In this document: positions 12,791-24,498 of the stretch, one piece after another | How the letters are laid out: each line of letters starts with the position of its first letter | Position numbering within the stretch: the first letter of the stretch is position 1 | From: Centroscyllium fabricii | Taxonomy: Eukaryota | Length of the DNA stretch: 64,000 bases | NCBI GenBank assembly: GCA_051313645.2 | Contig: JBNRSN020000007.1 | Coordinates: forward strand, 247,132,001 to 247,196,000 | Direction: 5' to 3' | The notes under the pieces: generated by a model | Database searches by the model: none | What the model saw: the letters and a program-made list of their open reading frames with translations, nothing else | What the model was told of the DNA's origin: nothing | Position numbers and translations under genes: made by a program

Positions 12791-13264
12791 CACAGCCTAC
12801 AAAGCTTATTTTGGGTTATTCTGCTGTCCTGGTGTGTGTTTTTAACAATATGCTCGCCCCTCCTCTGCTGAAGCTGCAGGCTCCTGCTGGGTCCCAGATC
12901 CATAGCACCTTACCCCAGAGGTTATTCTTCAGGCTAATCAAACACAGAGTCTGATCTTGTCCCAACGTCCAGTCAAGAAGACTTGCCATCAGCTGTTATT
13001 AGATAGCAATCAGAGTTTGGCGGGGTGCGGGGGTAACTTGGTATGATTGTCACCCTCTTAGTCCATGGGGTGCTGAGGCCAATTGTAGCCCACCCTAACA
13101 CTTGCACCAGCTGAAATCAGCCAGCTCAACAGACTAGGAGTAGAACCTGGGATCATAGAAGATAGGAGCACGAGTAGGCGGGGTGAAGAAGCGGCGATGA
13201 AGAGGTGGTGAGCAGCGATGAAGAAGCGCTCTCCGTTGGTCATTTGGCCAGGCACTGCAGTCGA

Positions 13265-13383
13265 ATGGCGGGCCCCGGTTGGGGCCGGGGGTTGGCGCTG
13301 CTCTTCTGTCTGGCTGGAGCTGCTGCTGCTTGGGGAGTATGTGTCGGGGCAGTCCCGGGGTCAACGAGCGTTGAGGCTAATCG
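13265..13383 (+). pseudogene. captured first-exon-like fragment encoding a signal-peptide-like sequence (gene unidentified)
   Basis: ATGG start, MAGPGWGRGLALLFCLAGAAAAWGVCVGAVPGSTSVEANR, ending at consensus donor CG|GTGAGT (13384). GC-rich and inside the TIR element. Confidence 0.55.
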
Positions 13384-13593
13384 GTGAGTGCCGGGCCGGG
13401 CACACTATTATAGTACTTATAATACAAAAATATAGTACAAAAATAACAGATGGCCAGCCAATAAATTACCTGAATTAAATAGTTCTGATGTTTAAACCTG
13501 TGGTTGCAGTTTATTACATCATCAGAATCCTGCATGTCAAATACTGTCATATCTTCCTGCCATCCATCATTACCCAATATTTGTTTTTACAAA

Positions 13594-13960
13594 GTCATAG
13601 TCATAGCGTTTTACAGCACAGAAAGAGGCCCTTCTGCCCATCGCATCCGCACCGGCCATCAAACCCTTTCTATTCTAATCCCATTTTCCAGCATTTGGTC
13701 CGTAGCCTTGTATGCTATGGCATTTCAAGTGCTCATCCAAATGCTTCTTGAATGTTGAGGGTTCCTGCCTCTACCACCCTTTCAGGCAGCGAGTTCCAGA
13801 TTCCAACCACCCTCTGGGTGAAAAAGTTCCTCCTCAAATCCCCCCCTAAACTTCCTGCCTTTTACCTTGAAACTATGCCCCCTGGTTATTGATCCCCTCT
13901 ACTAAGGGAAAAAGTTCCTTTCTATCTATGCCCCTCATAATTTTGTACACCTCAATCAGA
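13594..13960 (-). mobile_element. CR1 3'-end fragment inside the cargo element
   Basis: Highly similar to the CR1 3' end at ~30603-30980 (CAGCACAGAAAGAGGCCCTT..CATTTCAAGTGCTCATC). Confidence 0.85.
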
Positions 13961-16900
13961 TCCAATAGTTATAGCAATACATATTCTTCAGTATATCTCT
14001 CTCCAAACTGTTTTTTAACCTATACCAGATCAGTGATGGGCAAGATTGATGGCAGACCTAAAAGGTACACTAACTACAATCACAATCTATGGCTTTATAT
14101 TGAAGCATTTTAATAAAAATGTAAAATCTTTATTTATTTCTTTAAAAATTTCGGGCAAGTGAAATTTGTGTTCGGGCAAGTGTTTTAGAAATCCACTTGC
14201 CCGACTGGGCATGTGGGGAAAAAAATAATTTGTAGCGCCCTGTCCGTTTACATCTATTTGCGCAGCTAATTCATCCACCTTATTACGAATGCTCCTCACA
14301 TTAAGACACAAAGCCTTCAGAGTTGTTTTTTTTAAACACTTAATCCTTTCAGAATTATTATTTACTGTGGCCCTGTTTGATTTACACCCTTGATTTCTCT
14401 ACCTTCCACTTTTGCTTTTCTCCTTCCTGTCTTTTGCTTCTATCCTTGCCCCCCTTTCCTCTGTCTCCCTGCCCACTGCTATTTTAGTTTAAACCCTCCC
14501 GAACAGTATTAGCAAACACTCCCCCTAGGACATCGGTCTCAATCCTGCCCAGCTGCATACCGTCCAGTTTGTACTGGTCCCACCTCCCCCAGAACCGGTT
14601 CCAATGTCCCAGGATTTTGAATCCCTCTCGCACCATTCCTTCTACTCTGACTAGCACGTGGCACTGGTAGCAATCCTGAGATTGCTACCATTGAGGTCCT
14701 ATTTTTTAATTTACCTCCTAACTCCCTATATTCAGCTTTTAGGACCTCAATCTGGTTTTTTACCTATATCGTTGGTACCTATGTACACTATGACAACTGG
14801 CTGTTCACCCTTCCCCTTCAGAATGCCCTGCAGCCGCTCCAAGATATCTTTGATCCTTGCACCAGGGAGGCAACATACCATCCTGGAGTCTCGTCTGCGG
14901 CCGCAGAAACGCCTATCCCCCTTAAAATAGAATCCCCCATCACTATAGCTCTCCCGCTTTTTCCTCCCGTCCTGTGCAGCAGAACCACCCATGGTGCCAG
15001 GAAGTTGGCTGCTGCTACCTTCCCCCAATAATCCATCTCCCCCAATAATTTCCAAAGCGGTATATGTTTGAGAGGGGGATGGCCGCAGGGGAACCCTGCA
15101 CTACTTGCCTGCGCCCACTACTCTGCCTGGCGGTCACCCATTCCCTTCCTGCTTGTGCAGCCTTTACCCACGTTGTGACCAACTCCCTAAACATGCTATC
15201 CACGACTTCCTCAGCATCGCGAATGCTCCAGTATGTATCCATTCGCAGCTCCAGCGTCTCAATGCGGTCTGCTAGTAGCTGCAGCTGGATACACCCTCCC
15301 GCACGCATGGTCGTCCGGGACACCGGAAGTGTCCCTGATTTCGCACATAGTGCAGGAGGAGCTTGCTACAGGGCCGAGCTGTGCGGCCATGACTTACCCT
15401 TTAATTAATTCAAATTAAATTAAATCAAACCAATACCACAAATTACACAAAAAATAAATGATATACTCAAGGGCCCTTGATTGCTAGCACTCCCCACGAC
15501 ACAACAGAGACCTTAGAAAGTATAAATCACAAAAGTTAAGTTTGTACACACCCATAGGGACATCGGAAATGCCGGTTTTAGACACGTGAAGCGCATGTGC
15601 TGAAAACCGGCATTTCGGGTCTGTCAAGAATGCTCCTGCCCTGGGGAAGAGCCTTTGCGGGTGGAGAGTTCCGCTTTTTGCAGAACTGCCGCCTGCTGAA
15701 AACCCTTGGAAGGCCTGCTTTTACCAGTATAAGAGTTGGAAAAAAGTTTTTTTTTTTTTAATTAGTTTTCGCTCATTTATAATTGAAAAAAAGTTTTTAA
15801 AAGGGGAAGTTTATTTTTAGCCCCGTAAAAACTTTAACTTTTTTTATTAAAAATTAAATTTTGTTTAATGTAATTTTAACTCATTTTCAAAATGTGATGG
15901 TTTTAAAAAAATGTATTTAGTGTTTTTTGGGGGTGATCGCCATTCATATATTTGACAGGTTTGTCAAAAGTATGAAGGGAGATTCCCTTCTCCTATTGGC
16001 TGGCCTGGCCCACGTGACCCCAGGGACGCTGCGAACTTCATGCGCCCCTGGGATACGTGGGCTCTGCGTATTTCGACTGGAGCGGCCCAGGAGCCCTCGG
16101 ATAAATTAGTCGATTTTTTTCCCGATAGGAGGCATCCACGCGCAGGAAGCCTCCTATCGGAAATTACGGGCCATTATTTAAAGTGGCAAGTCAAGGAGTT
16201 TCTTCGCCCCAAACCATTGAAAGTGTTTGTTTTTGCGTTTACTGCCCTTAATATAGGCAGACGGTAACGCAGATGTAAATGTTCTTCCTGATTTACAGGT
16301 ATTTACCTTTTTTTGTATTTTTTTTAAACTATTGATCTTAAATGTGTGTGTTTATACAGCACAACAAATGCAAGATTTAATTTAGGTCCATGCATATAGT
16401 TGGGTGTTGGAAGGTCTAAATAAGCAAGGGACATGAGGTTAGAAAATGTACTAAAGTGTAACTACAGCAGCAAAGTAGCTCCTTGCCACATAATTGGATA
16501 TTTGCACTCATTTGGGGAGATTTTCATGTCCCCATGAGGCGGGGTTTTCGGCGGCTCGGCCGGCAAAATACCGCAACCAGGGGGTTGCGATCCCCGCCGC
16601 TTTATCATTTTCCTCCCGCCCCAAAACCTTCTGCCGGCCGGCGGGGATGGATTGTCACCTCGTTAAGGGCCCTTAATTGGCATGTTTAATGCCATTTTAA
16701 GGGCCCTCAGCCATTTTGAGCTGTTTCCCGCCCTAACCCCGTCACCTTAAACCCCGCTGGGTCATTACATTCTCCTTCAAGGTGTGAAGGACCTGCTGCC
16801 AAATGCTTGGCATGCCTCCAGCACCTTTGAGGAATAAGTTACTCCGTTCTGTCTGCACCAGTTGTGAGCAAAAACTGAGAAATCTCCGCTCTGTACATTT

Positions 16901-17273
16901 GCTCACAGCCGGTGCAACTGTCAAGGATTCGGAGCCCGCCCACCTGTCAGTCACCAGCACTTGACCTTTCCCATTGGTTCCACTCTTGCGCTATTTGTCC
17001 CTCTCAGTCCTCTGTGAACCTTAATTCTCCTCTGTTTCATCCTGGTGCCCATCCCCCTGCCAAATTAGTTTAAACCCTTTCTCTCTTCCCTCCCTGGCCC
17101 CCTCCCCCCACCATCTAGCCCTATATTTTCCTTTTTATGTTCTTTGCCATCCTCACTGCATATTTCTCTAACGTTGACCTCTTGTCGACCTTTACCCTTC
17201 CTCCCTTACCCCACCATTGGTGGCAGAGCTTTCAGCTACCTGAATATTACTGTCTACAATTTACTTTCGCTTA

Positions 17274-17308
<35 letters not shown>

Positions 17309-17456
17309 CTTCAAAATCCATCGCTTTTTGACCAATCTTTTGCTAACTCCTCCTAATCTCTCCTTTTCTAGCTCTCTCTCTGTTTTCAGGAGCCTTTCTG
17401 TAAATCACCTTGAAGCATTTTTGTACTTACAGGTGGCAGTACAGTAATATACAGTC

Positions 17457-20017
17457 AGGAGAGAGTGGCCCTAGGAGTCATCAACCTTGATTCCGGACCC
17501 CATGAAGTCTCGTGGCTTCAGGTCAAACATGGACAAGGAAACCTCCTGCTGATTACCACCTACTGCCCTTCCTCAGCTGATGAATCAGTACTCTTCCATG
17601 TTGAACACCACTTGGAAGAAACACTCCGGGTAGCAAGGGCACAGAATGTACTCTGGGTGGGGGACTTTAATGTCCATCACCAAGAGTGGCTCGGTAGCAC
17701 CACTACTGATCGAGCTGGCCGAGTCCTGAAAGACATAGCTGCCAGACTGGGCCTCTGCGGCAGGTGGTGAGAGAACCAACACTAGGGGGAAAAACCTACT
17801 TGACCTCGTCCTCACCAATCTACCTGTCGCAGATGCATCTGTCCGTGACAGCATTGGTAGCAGTGACCACCGCACAGTCGTTGTGGAGATGAAGACCCGT
17901 CTTCACACTGAGGACACCTTCCATCGTGTTGTGTGGCACTACCACCGTACTAAATGGGATAGATTCAGAACAGATCTAGCAGCTCAAAACTGAGCATCTA
18001 TGAGGCGCTGTGGGCCAGCAGCAGTATCAGAATTGTACTCCACCATAATCTGTAACCTCGTGGCTTGGCATATCCCTCACTCTACCATTGCCAGGGGTGG
18101 ACCAACCCTGGTTCAATGAGGAGTGCAGAAGAGCATACCAAGAGCAGCACCAGGCGGACCTAATAATGAGGTGCCAACCTGGGAAAGCTTCAACACAGGA
18201 CTACATGCATGCTAAACTGTGAAAGCAGCATGTTATAGACAGAACTAAGCGATCCCACAATCAACAGATCAGATCAAAGCACTGCAGTCCTGCCACATCC
18301 AGTCATTACTGGTGGTGGACCATTAAACAGCTAACAAGAAGAGGAGGATCCATGAATATACCCATCCTCCGTGATGTCTGAGCCCAACACGAGTGCAAAA
18401 GACAAGGCGTTTACAACCATCTTCAGCCAGAAGTGCCTGGTGGATGATCCATATCCGCCTCCTCCTGACGTCCCCACCATTGCACAAGCCAGTCCTCAGC
18501 CAATTCGATTCACTCCACGTGATATCAAGAAACGTCTGAGCGCACTGGATGCAGCAAAGGCTATGGGCCCCCGACAACATCCAGGCTGTCGTGCTGAAGA
18601 CTTGCACTCCAGAACTAGCCGCACCTCTAGCCAAGCTGTTCCAGTGCAGCTACAACACTGGCTGACAATGTGGAAAAACTGCCCAGGTATGTCCTGTCCA
18701 CAAAAAGCAGGACAAATCCAATCCAGCAAATTACCACCCCATCAGTCCACTCTCAATCATCAGCAAAGTGATGGAAGCTGTTGTCGACAGTGCTATCAAG
18801 CAGCACTTACTCACTAATAACCTGCTCACTGATGTGCAGTTTGGTTTCCGCCAGGACCACTTGGCTCCTACCTCATTATAGTCTTGGTCCAAACATGGAC
18901 AAAAGAGCTGAATTCCAGAGGTGAGGTGACCGTGACTGCTCTTGACATCAAGGCAGCATTTGACCGAGTGTGGCATTAAGGAGCCCTAGTAAAACTGAAG
19001 TGAATGGGGATTGGGGAAAACTGGCTGGAGTCATATACAAAAGAAGATGGTTGCGGTTGTTGGAGGTCAATCATTTCAGCTCCAGGCCATGGCTGCAGAC
19101 ATTCCTGGCCCAACCATCTTCAGATGCTTCATCAATGACCTTCCCTCCATCATAAGGTCAGAAGTGGGGATGTTTGCTGATGATTGCACAGTTTTCAGTT
19201 CCATTCGCAACTCCTCAGATAATGACGCAGTCCATGCCCGCATGCAGCAAGACCTGGACAAGATTCAGGCCTGAGCTGATGAGTGGCAAGTAACATTTGC
19301 GCCACACAAGTGCCAGGCAATGACTATCTCCAACAAGAGAGAGTCTAACCACCGCCCCATGACACTCGACGGCATTACTATCATTGAATCCCCCAGCATC
19401 AACATCCTGGGGGGTCACCATTGACCAGAAACTTAACTAGAGCAGCCACATAAATACTGTGGCTACAAGAGCAGGCCAGAGGCTGGGTATTCTGCAATGA
19501 GTGTCTCCTTTCCTGACTCCCCAAAGCCTTTCCACCATCTGCAAGGCACAAGTAAAGAGTGTATTGGAATGCTCTGTACTTGCCTGGATGAGTGCAGTTC
19601 CAGCAACACTCAAGAAGCTCGACACCATCCAGGACAAAGCAGCCCGCTTGATCGGAACCCCATCCACCACCTTTAAATATTCATTTCCTGCACCACTAGC
19701 GCACCGTGGCTACAGTGTGTACCATCTACAAGATGCACTGCAGCAACTCGCCAAGGCTTTTTTGACAGCACTTCCAAAACCTGCGACCTCTACCACCTAG
19801 AAGGACAAGGGCAGCAGGTGCCTGGGAAAACAATCACCTGCAAGTTCCCCTCGAAGTTACATACCATCCTGACTTGGAAATATATTGCCGTTCCTCCTTC
19901 ATCGCTGGGTCAAAATCTTGGAACCCCTCCCTAACAGTACTGTGGGACTACCTTCACCGCAAGGGCTGCAGCGGTTCAAGAAGGCAGATCACATCCCAGA
20001 AACGAATATAAAAAAAC
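17457..20017 (+). mobile_element. degenerate CR1-group LINE ORF2 (subfamily distinct from the other CR1 copies)
   Basis: EN motif VLWVGDFNVHHQEWLG; RT motifs FINDLP..MFADDCTVF and KKLDTIQDKAARLI; multiple stops. Confidence 0.8.
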
Positions 20018-21443
20018 CAATGCAAGTTGTATTATTGGTTCCTTTTCACTATTTTCTTTCCTAATATGTACTGCTTCACATTTCTCTACATAGGTCTGTC
20101 ATCTATGTTCGTACTCCATTAATCTTTCTTTCTTCCTATATCTTGCATTTTTCCTTAGAGTTTGCCATGTCTAATTTGGTATCAATAGATATGAACATAA
20201 TTCCTCTTATCTTTTGTCCAAATCATTTTTCTAAATGAAAAGCAGAAGATTCCCCATCAGAGATGGTGTATTGCAGAATTGTGTAACACAGTGTGGGATA
20301 TCAATCTCTTTTCAACAAAGTAAATTCTTGATCTGAGGTAGAGAAAATTGGAGGGCAAGTTGATTCATGCTGCTTTTGCATAGTTGGCAGCGTGTGGAAG
20401 CCTAGCAATGGGTTGCAGCAGTGCCCTTGACATTGGTGAATGACACACATGCAACAAAGAAATGCTGTTTTAGTTAATGGTGATTGATTTCACATTGTCC
20501 ATGCTGCCTTCCAGGAGCGGAAAGCCAAAATGTAAGTCCCTGTACTAGGCATTTGGTTCACGAATGAGTACTAGCATTATCAGCGCCATTTGTGCATAAC
20601 ATGCCTTCGAAGAACATTGTGGCCTTAGCTGCGGTTATTCTTGATGCAGGTGTGTGATATATCCATCCACACCCAACACCTTTTTGTTTCTGAAAATTGG
20701 ATACATTTGCATTTGTTAATGTGACTAACTGGTATATGATTCTCTTATTAAAGATACATCAGCATTTTATTGAGGTGCAGTGGTCCAACATGTTAGCACG
20801 AGCCAATTTTACCCCTTCTATGTTTCATTCCCCTCATTCTTCTAAACTCCAGCAGGGCGCGATAAAACCGCTTGCCCGGGGCAAGCAAAATGAGCCGAAG
20901 GGCAAGCAAAAGAAAATCGCACTTGCTCAACCGGGCAAGTGCAAAGTATTTCACATTGGCGACGGATACGGGTGGGTGGATCCCGCCCTGGAGGCGGGTG
21001 CGGAGTGGGGGGGGGGGCGTGCGGCTCGGCGGGGATTGGAGGAGGCGGCGTGTCAATCGGGAGGAGCAGCAATCAAGTTAGGTGGAGCGGGCTGGTAGAA
21101 CGTGGCAAGAGTGGGTCGGTAATAATAGCAGAAAGTGCTGGGGGGGTGGGGGGCTCGGCGGGCCGGGCACCACCGGTGGAGAGAGGTGTGGAGTTGACGT
21201 TTCGGGTTGGGACCCTTTGAGGGGCGCTGGGATTCCTGCTCCTCCAGGCAGCTGGGAGTGTCCGAGCGCCGGGTTCAATCCCTTTGTGAGGTTCAGGTCC
21301 CCGCTGAAGAGTTTTTTGTGTGTGAGGTTACATAAACCCATTGAGAGAATGCGGTTTAAAAGTTAATCTTGATTGGGGGGGGGTCCCAACCCAAAACACA
21401 ACTCTGTGTTTCTCTCCACCGATGCAGCAGCGGGTGGGCTCGC

Positions 21444-21536
21444 CATGATGTGAATGTCCTTGCTGAGTCTCCGCTGCGGTTTATGCCTCCTGATGACGGC
21501 CTGCAAGCTGCTCCGGGGAACCGCGCGCTTCACCAT
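21444..21536 (-). pseudogene. CENPW: captured CENP-W-like first coding exon
   Basis: GCCCGCCATGG Kozak, MVKRAVPRSSLQAVIRRHKPQRRLSKDIHIM resembles the vertebrate CENP-W N-terminus (chicken-type MRRTVPRGTLRKIIKKHKPHLRL, from memory). Similarity stops at a phase-0 donor-like GCGAGC. Confidence 0.7.
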
Positions 21537-22363
21537 GGCGGGCGCTCGGGACCCGCCCATTTAAAACTCTGCGCCAGCCACCGCGCCCTGAAGTCACAGA
21601 CACCCCGCCCCGTCGTGCAGGAGTCGCGCAGAGTGAGTGTTGATGTTCAGTACATGATTAATAATTACTCGCAGCAAAATTGGCTTAACTGTTTGAAGGT
21701 TCTAAATCGTCTCCCTGCTTAGTGTTTTTAATGTTTTGTATAACCATTTCAACATTTTTTTTTTAAAAACAACTTACCTTTCAATAAACAAATTGTTCTT
21801 GCAACTTTTAACGAAATTAATCAATGTAAAAATCTATAAGAATGTGGGACTCGCTTGTAGTTAAACATAGAAACATAGAAACATAGAAGATAGGAGCAGG
21901 AGTAGGCCATTTGGCCCTTCGAGCCTTGATGCAAATAGCATTGATGCAGTTAATGGGAAGCTAGGTAAGTATGCAAGGGAGAAAGGAAAAGAAGGTTATG
22001 TTGATCGGATGAGATGAAAAAGAGTTGGGAGGAAATAACAACAGAAAATGCTGGAAAAACTCAGCAGTTCAGGCATATCGATAAAGAGTCCCGACCCGAA
22101 ACATTGACTCCTACTTCTCTCTTACGGATGTTGCCTGAACTGCTGAGTTTTTCCAGCATTTTCTGTCGTTATTTCGGATTTCCAGCATCTGCCGTATTTT
22201 GCTATCGTACAAGAGTGGGTCGGTGCCGTCGACCCGCTGAGGGGGAGAGAAAAAACCGGAGCGGCTTCTGAGAAGAAAAAAAACCAACAACAGCTCGGTC
22301 TTTATTCTTTCGATCAATTATAAAATCTTTATATTTTCCCCCTCTGAGGAGTAATTATAAAGA

Positions 22364-22605
22364 ATGGTGGGGGAAATGGAAGTGAGGGAGAAGCCGAGAC
22401 CCAGTCCCGAGGTGGGGGGGGGGTGAATGGGAGTGAAGGAGAAGCCGAGACCCAGTCCCGAGGGAGGGGGGTGGAAATGGGAGTGAAGGAGAAGCCGAGA
22501 CCCGGTCCCGACTATTTGATGCAGCTGATGAATGACAAGAAGCTGATGTCGAGTCTGCCCAACTTTTGCGGCATCTTCACCACCTGGAGCGGCTGCTGGA
22601 CGAAG
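22364..22605 (+). pseudogene. QKI: captured, disrupted QKI (Quaking) exon 1
   Basis: [37 protein letters not shown] then, after a 1-nt frameshift, HLERLLDE and a phase-1 donor G|GTAGG (22606). The 5' part is triplicated, and the frame from ATG 22364 hits TGA. Confidence 0.9.
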
Positions 22606-23212
22606 GTAGGCGGGGAGAGAGAGTGAGGGAGCCCGCGGCCTGCGGAAGCTTCACAAAGTTTGGAAGAGACAAACGAAGAAATGGAGTGAATGCTTGAGGA
22701 AATAGATTTTTGAAAAGACTTTTAAAGGTGGAATAGGATGGAGAGGCCAATAGTGTTAGGGCGAGAGGGGCAGAAACCGGGCCAATGCAACTAAAGGCAC
22801 AATCACAATCTATGGCTTTATATTGAAGCATTTTAATAAAAATGTAAAATCTTTATTTAAAAATATCGGGCAAGTGAAATTTGTGTTCGGGCAAGTGTTT
22901 TAGAAATCCACTTGCCCAGAATTTTTTTTTTTTGTGGCACCCTGCTCTAGGGAATATCGGCCCAGTCTACTCAATTTCTCCTCCTAAGACAATCCCCCCA
23001 TCCCAGGAATTCTTCCTCCCCTTTACAAAAAAGTTTGTTCTTTTTATGAAGTTTATGAAATAATGGATTATTTTAATTCAATCTACTGCAATAGCAAACG
23101 AATCTACACCCTTTAGATGACATTATTACATATAATATACAGCACAGGAACAGGCCATTCAGCCCAACCAGTCCATGCTGGCATTTATGCTCCACTCAAG
23201 CCTTCTCCCTCA

Positions 23213-23598
23213 TAGAAACTAGGAACAGGAGTAGGCCATTCGGCCCTTCGAGCCTGCTCCGCCATTCAATGAGATCATGGCTGATCATCCAAACCCTGTA
23301 TCCCGCCCCTGCCCTCTCCCCATATCCCTCTCAAGCCTGCATCGACACATATCCCACCCTATCCCCGTAACCCCACATATTCAATCCCCCTAACACTAAT
23401 GGTCAATTTATCATGGCCAATCAACCTAACTCGCACATCTTTGGACTGTGGGAGGAAACCGGAGCACCCGGAGGAAACCCACGCAGACACGGGGAGAATG
23501 TGCAAACTCCACACAGATAGTACCCGAGGCTGGATTTGAACCCGGGTCTCCAGTGCTGTGAGACAACAGTGCTAACCACTGTGCCACCGTGCCGCCCA
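23213..23598 (-). mobile_element. HE1-like V-SINE with CR1-type 3' tail
   Basis: Reverse complement of the 7958 head and V-domain, joined to the AATGGCGGAGCAGGCTCGAAGGGCCGAATGGCCTACTCCTG tail. 5'-truncated copies at 24225-24474 (+) and 33409-33620 (-). Confidence 0.85.
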
Positions 23599-24498
23599 TA
23601 TGCTTATCTAGCTTCCTGTAAAATGCCTCAACTACTCCCTTATTATCTGCCATAGTTTGCATGTTCACATTTGAAAGTTTGACTCTTTGATACCAATTGG
23701 ATTTTTCCAACACCTACTGGTGCTGCTCATCCCACCATTGTATAATTTTGTAAAAATTCTGTTATCAAACGAAAGCTGAATGAGGCACTGGTTGTTAATG
23801 TTGCTGCATTTATAACACCTATGTTTTGTATCTAGTGAAAAGGTGAGAGTTGGTTTGTGGCTTTGGCCTGCCACTGAACTCTGACAAGGACCAAAGATAT
23901 TGGCCGGAATTTTGCCGGCCCTCAGGGCGGGTTTGGAAGTGGGACCTCTGGCAAAATTGCAAAGATTGACCAGGCAGGAAACCGCTGTCAACTCCCCTCC
24001 AATCAATCTTCCCAAGTGTCGGGTCCCCGATTTACACATGGACCCAACACCTAGCAGCGGGAAGAGGATTATAGCCACTTAACTGCCTTTTAACAACCTT
24101 TAACAGACAGTTAACAGGCTCTTTTTCAATTTTGATACTTCTACTTCAGGCTTCCCGATGTCTGGACACCACGCCAGGTAAGTGTGGTGTGTTGTGAGTC
24201 TGCTGTAATGTTTCTACATTGATCCAAAGATGTGCGGGTTAGGTTGATTGGCCATGATAAATTGACCCTTAATGTTAGGGGGATTTAATATGTGGGGTTA
24301 CGGGGATAGGGTGGGATATATGTGTCAGTGCAGGCTCGATAGGGATCGAGGGATATGGGGAGAGGGCAGGGACGGGGTACTGAGTTTGGATGATCAGTCA
24401 TGATCTCATTGAATGGCGGAGCAGGCTCGAAGGGCCGAATGGCCTACTCCTGCTCCTATCTTCTATGTTTCTATAACAGCTGCAGAAATGGTGTAAAG

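Larger units (their letters stand above)
12210..14242. mobile_element. non-autonomous TIR transposon (hAT-like, 6-bp TSD) with captured cargo, copy 1
   Basis: Termini CAGGGCGCGAC.. / ..GTAGCGCCCTG. TSD TCCATT(12204-09)/TCCGTT(14243-48). Removing the element plus one TSD restores the CR1 frame QIDVNGYDIVGIT. ~90 bp left end and ~165 bp right end shared with 20853-22944. Confidence 0.9.
9866..15400 (-). mobile_element. near-full-length degenerate CR1 LINE, interrupted by the element at 12210-14242
   Basis: ORF1 esterase remnants 14747-15323, EN (CLNVRSIRNKVDEL 14311), RT fragments 9951-11484 (GVPQGSVLGP, KSCLTNLL); many stops and frameshifts. Confidence 0.9.
20853..22944. mobile_element. non-autonomous TIR transposon (hAT-like, 6-bp TSD) with captured cargo, copy 2
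   Basis: Termini CAGGGCGCGATA.. / ..TGTGGCACCCTG. TSD CTCCAG(20847-52)/CTCTAG(22945-50) within an old CR1 fragment that realigns without a gap when the element is removed. Ends shared with copy 1. Confidence 0.9.

Noticed and set aside
22364-22605. Functional QKI gene start
   Set aside because: In-frame stop, frameshift and triplication; enclosed by transposon ends with a TSD; no exon 2 seen downstream.
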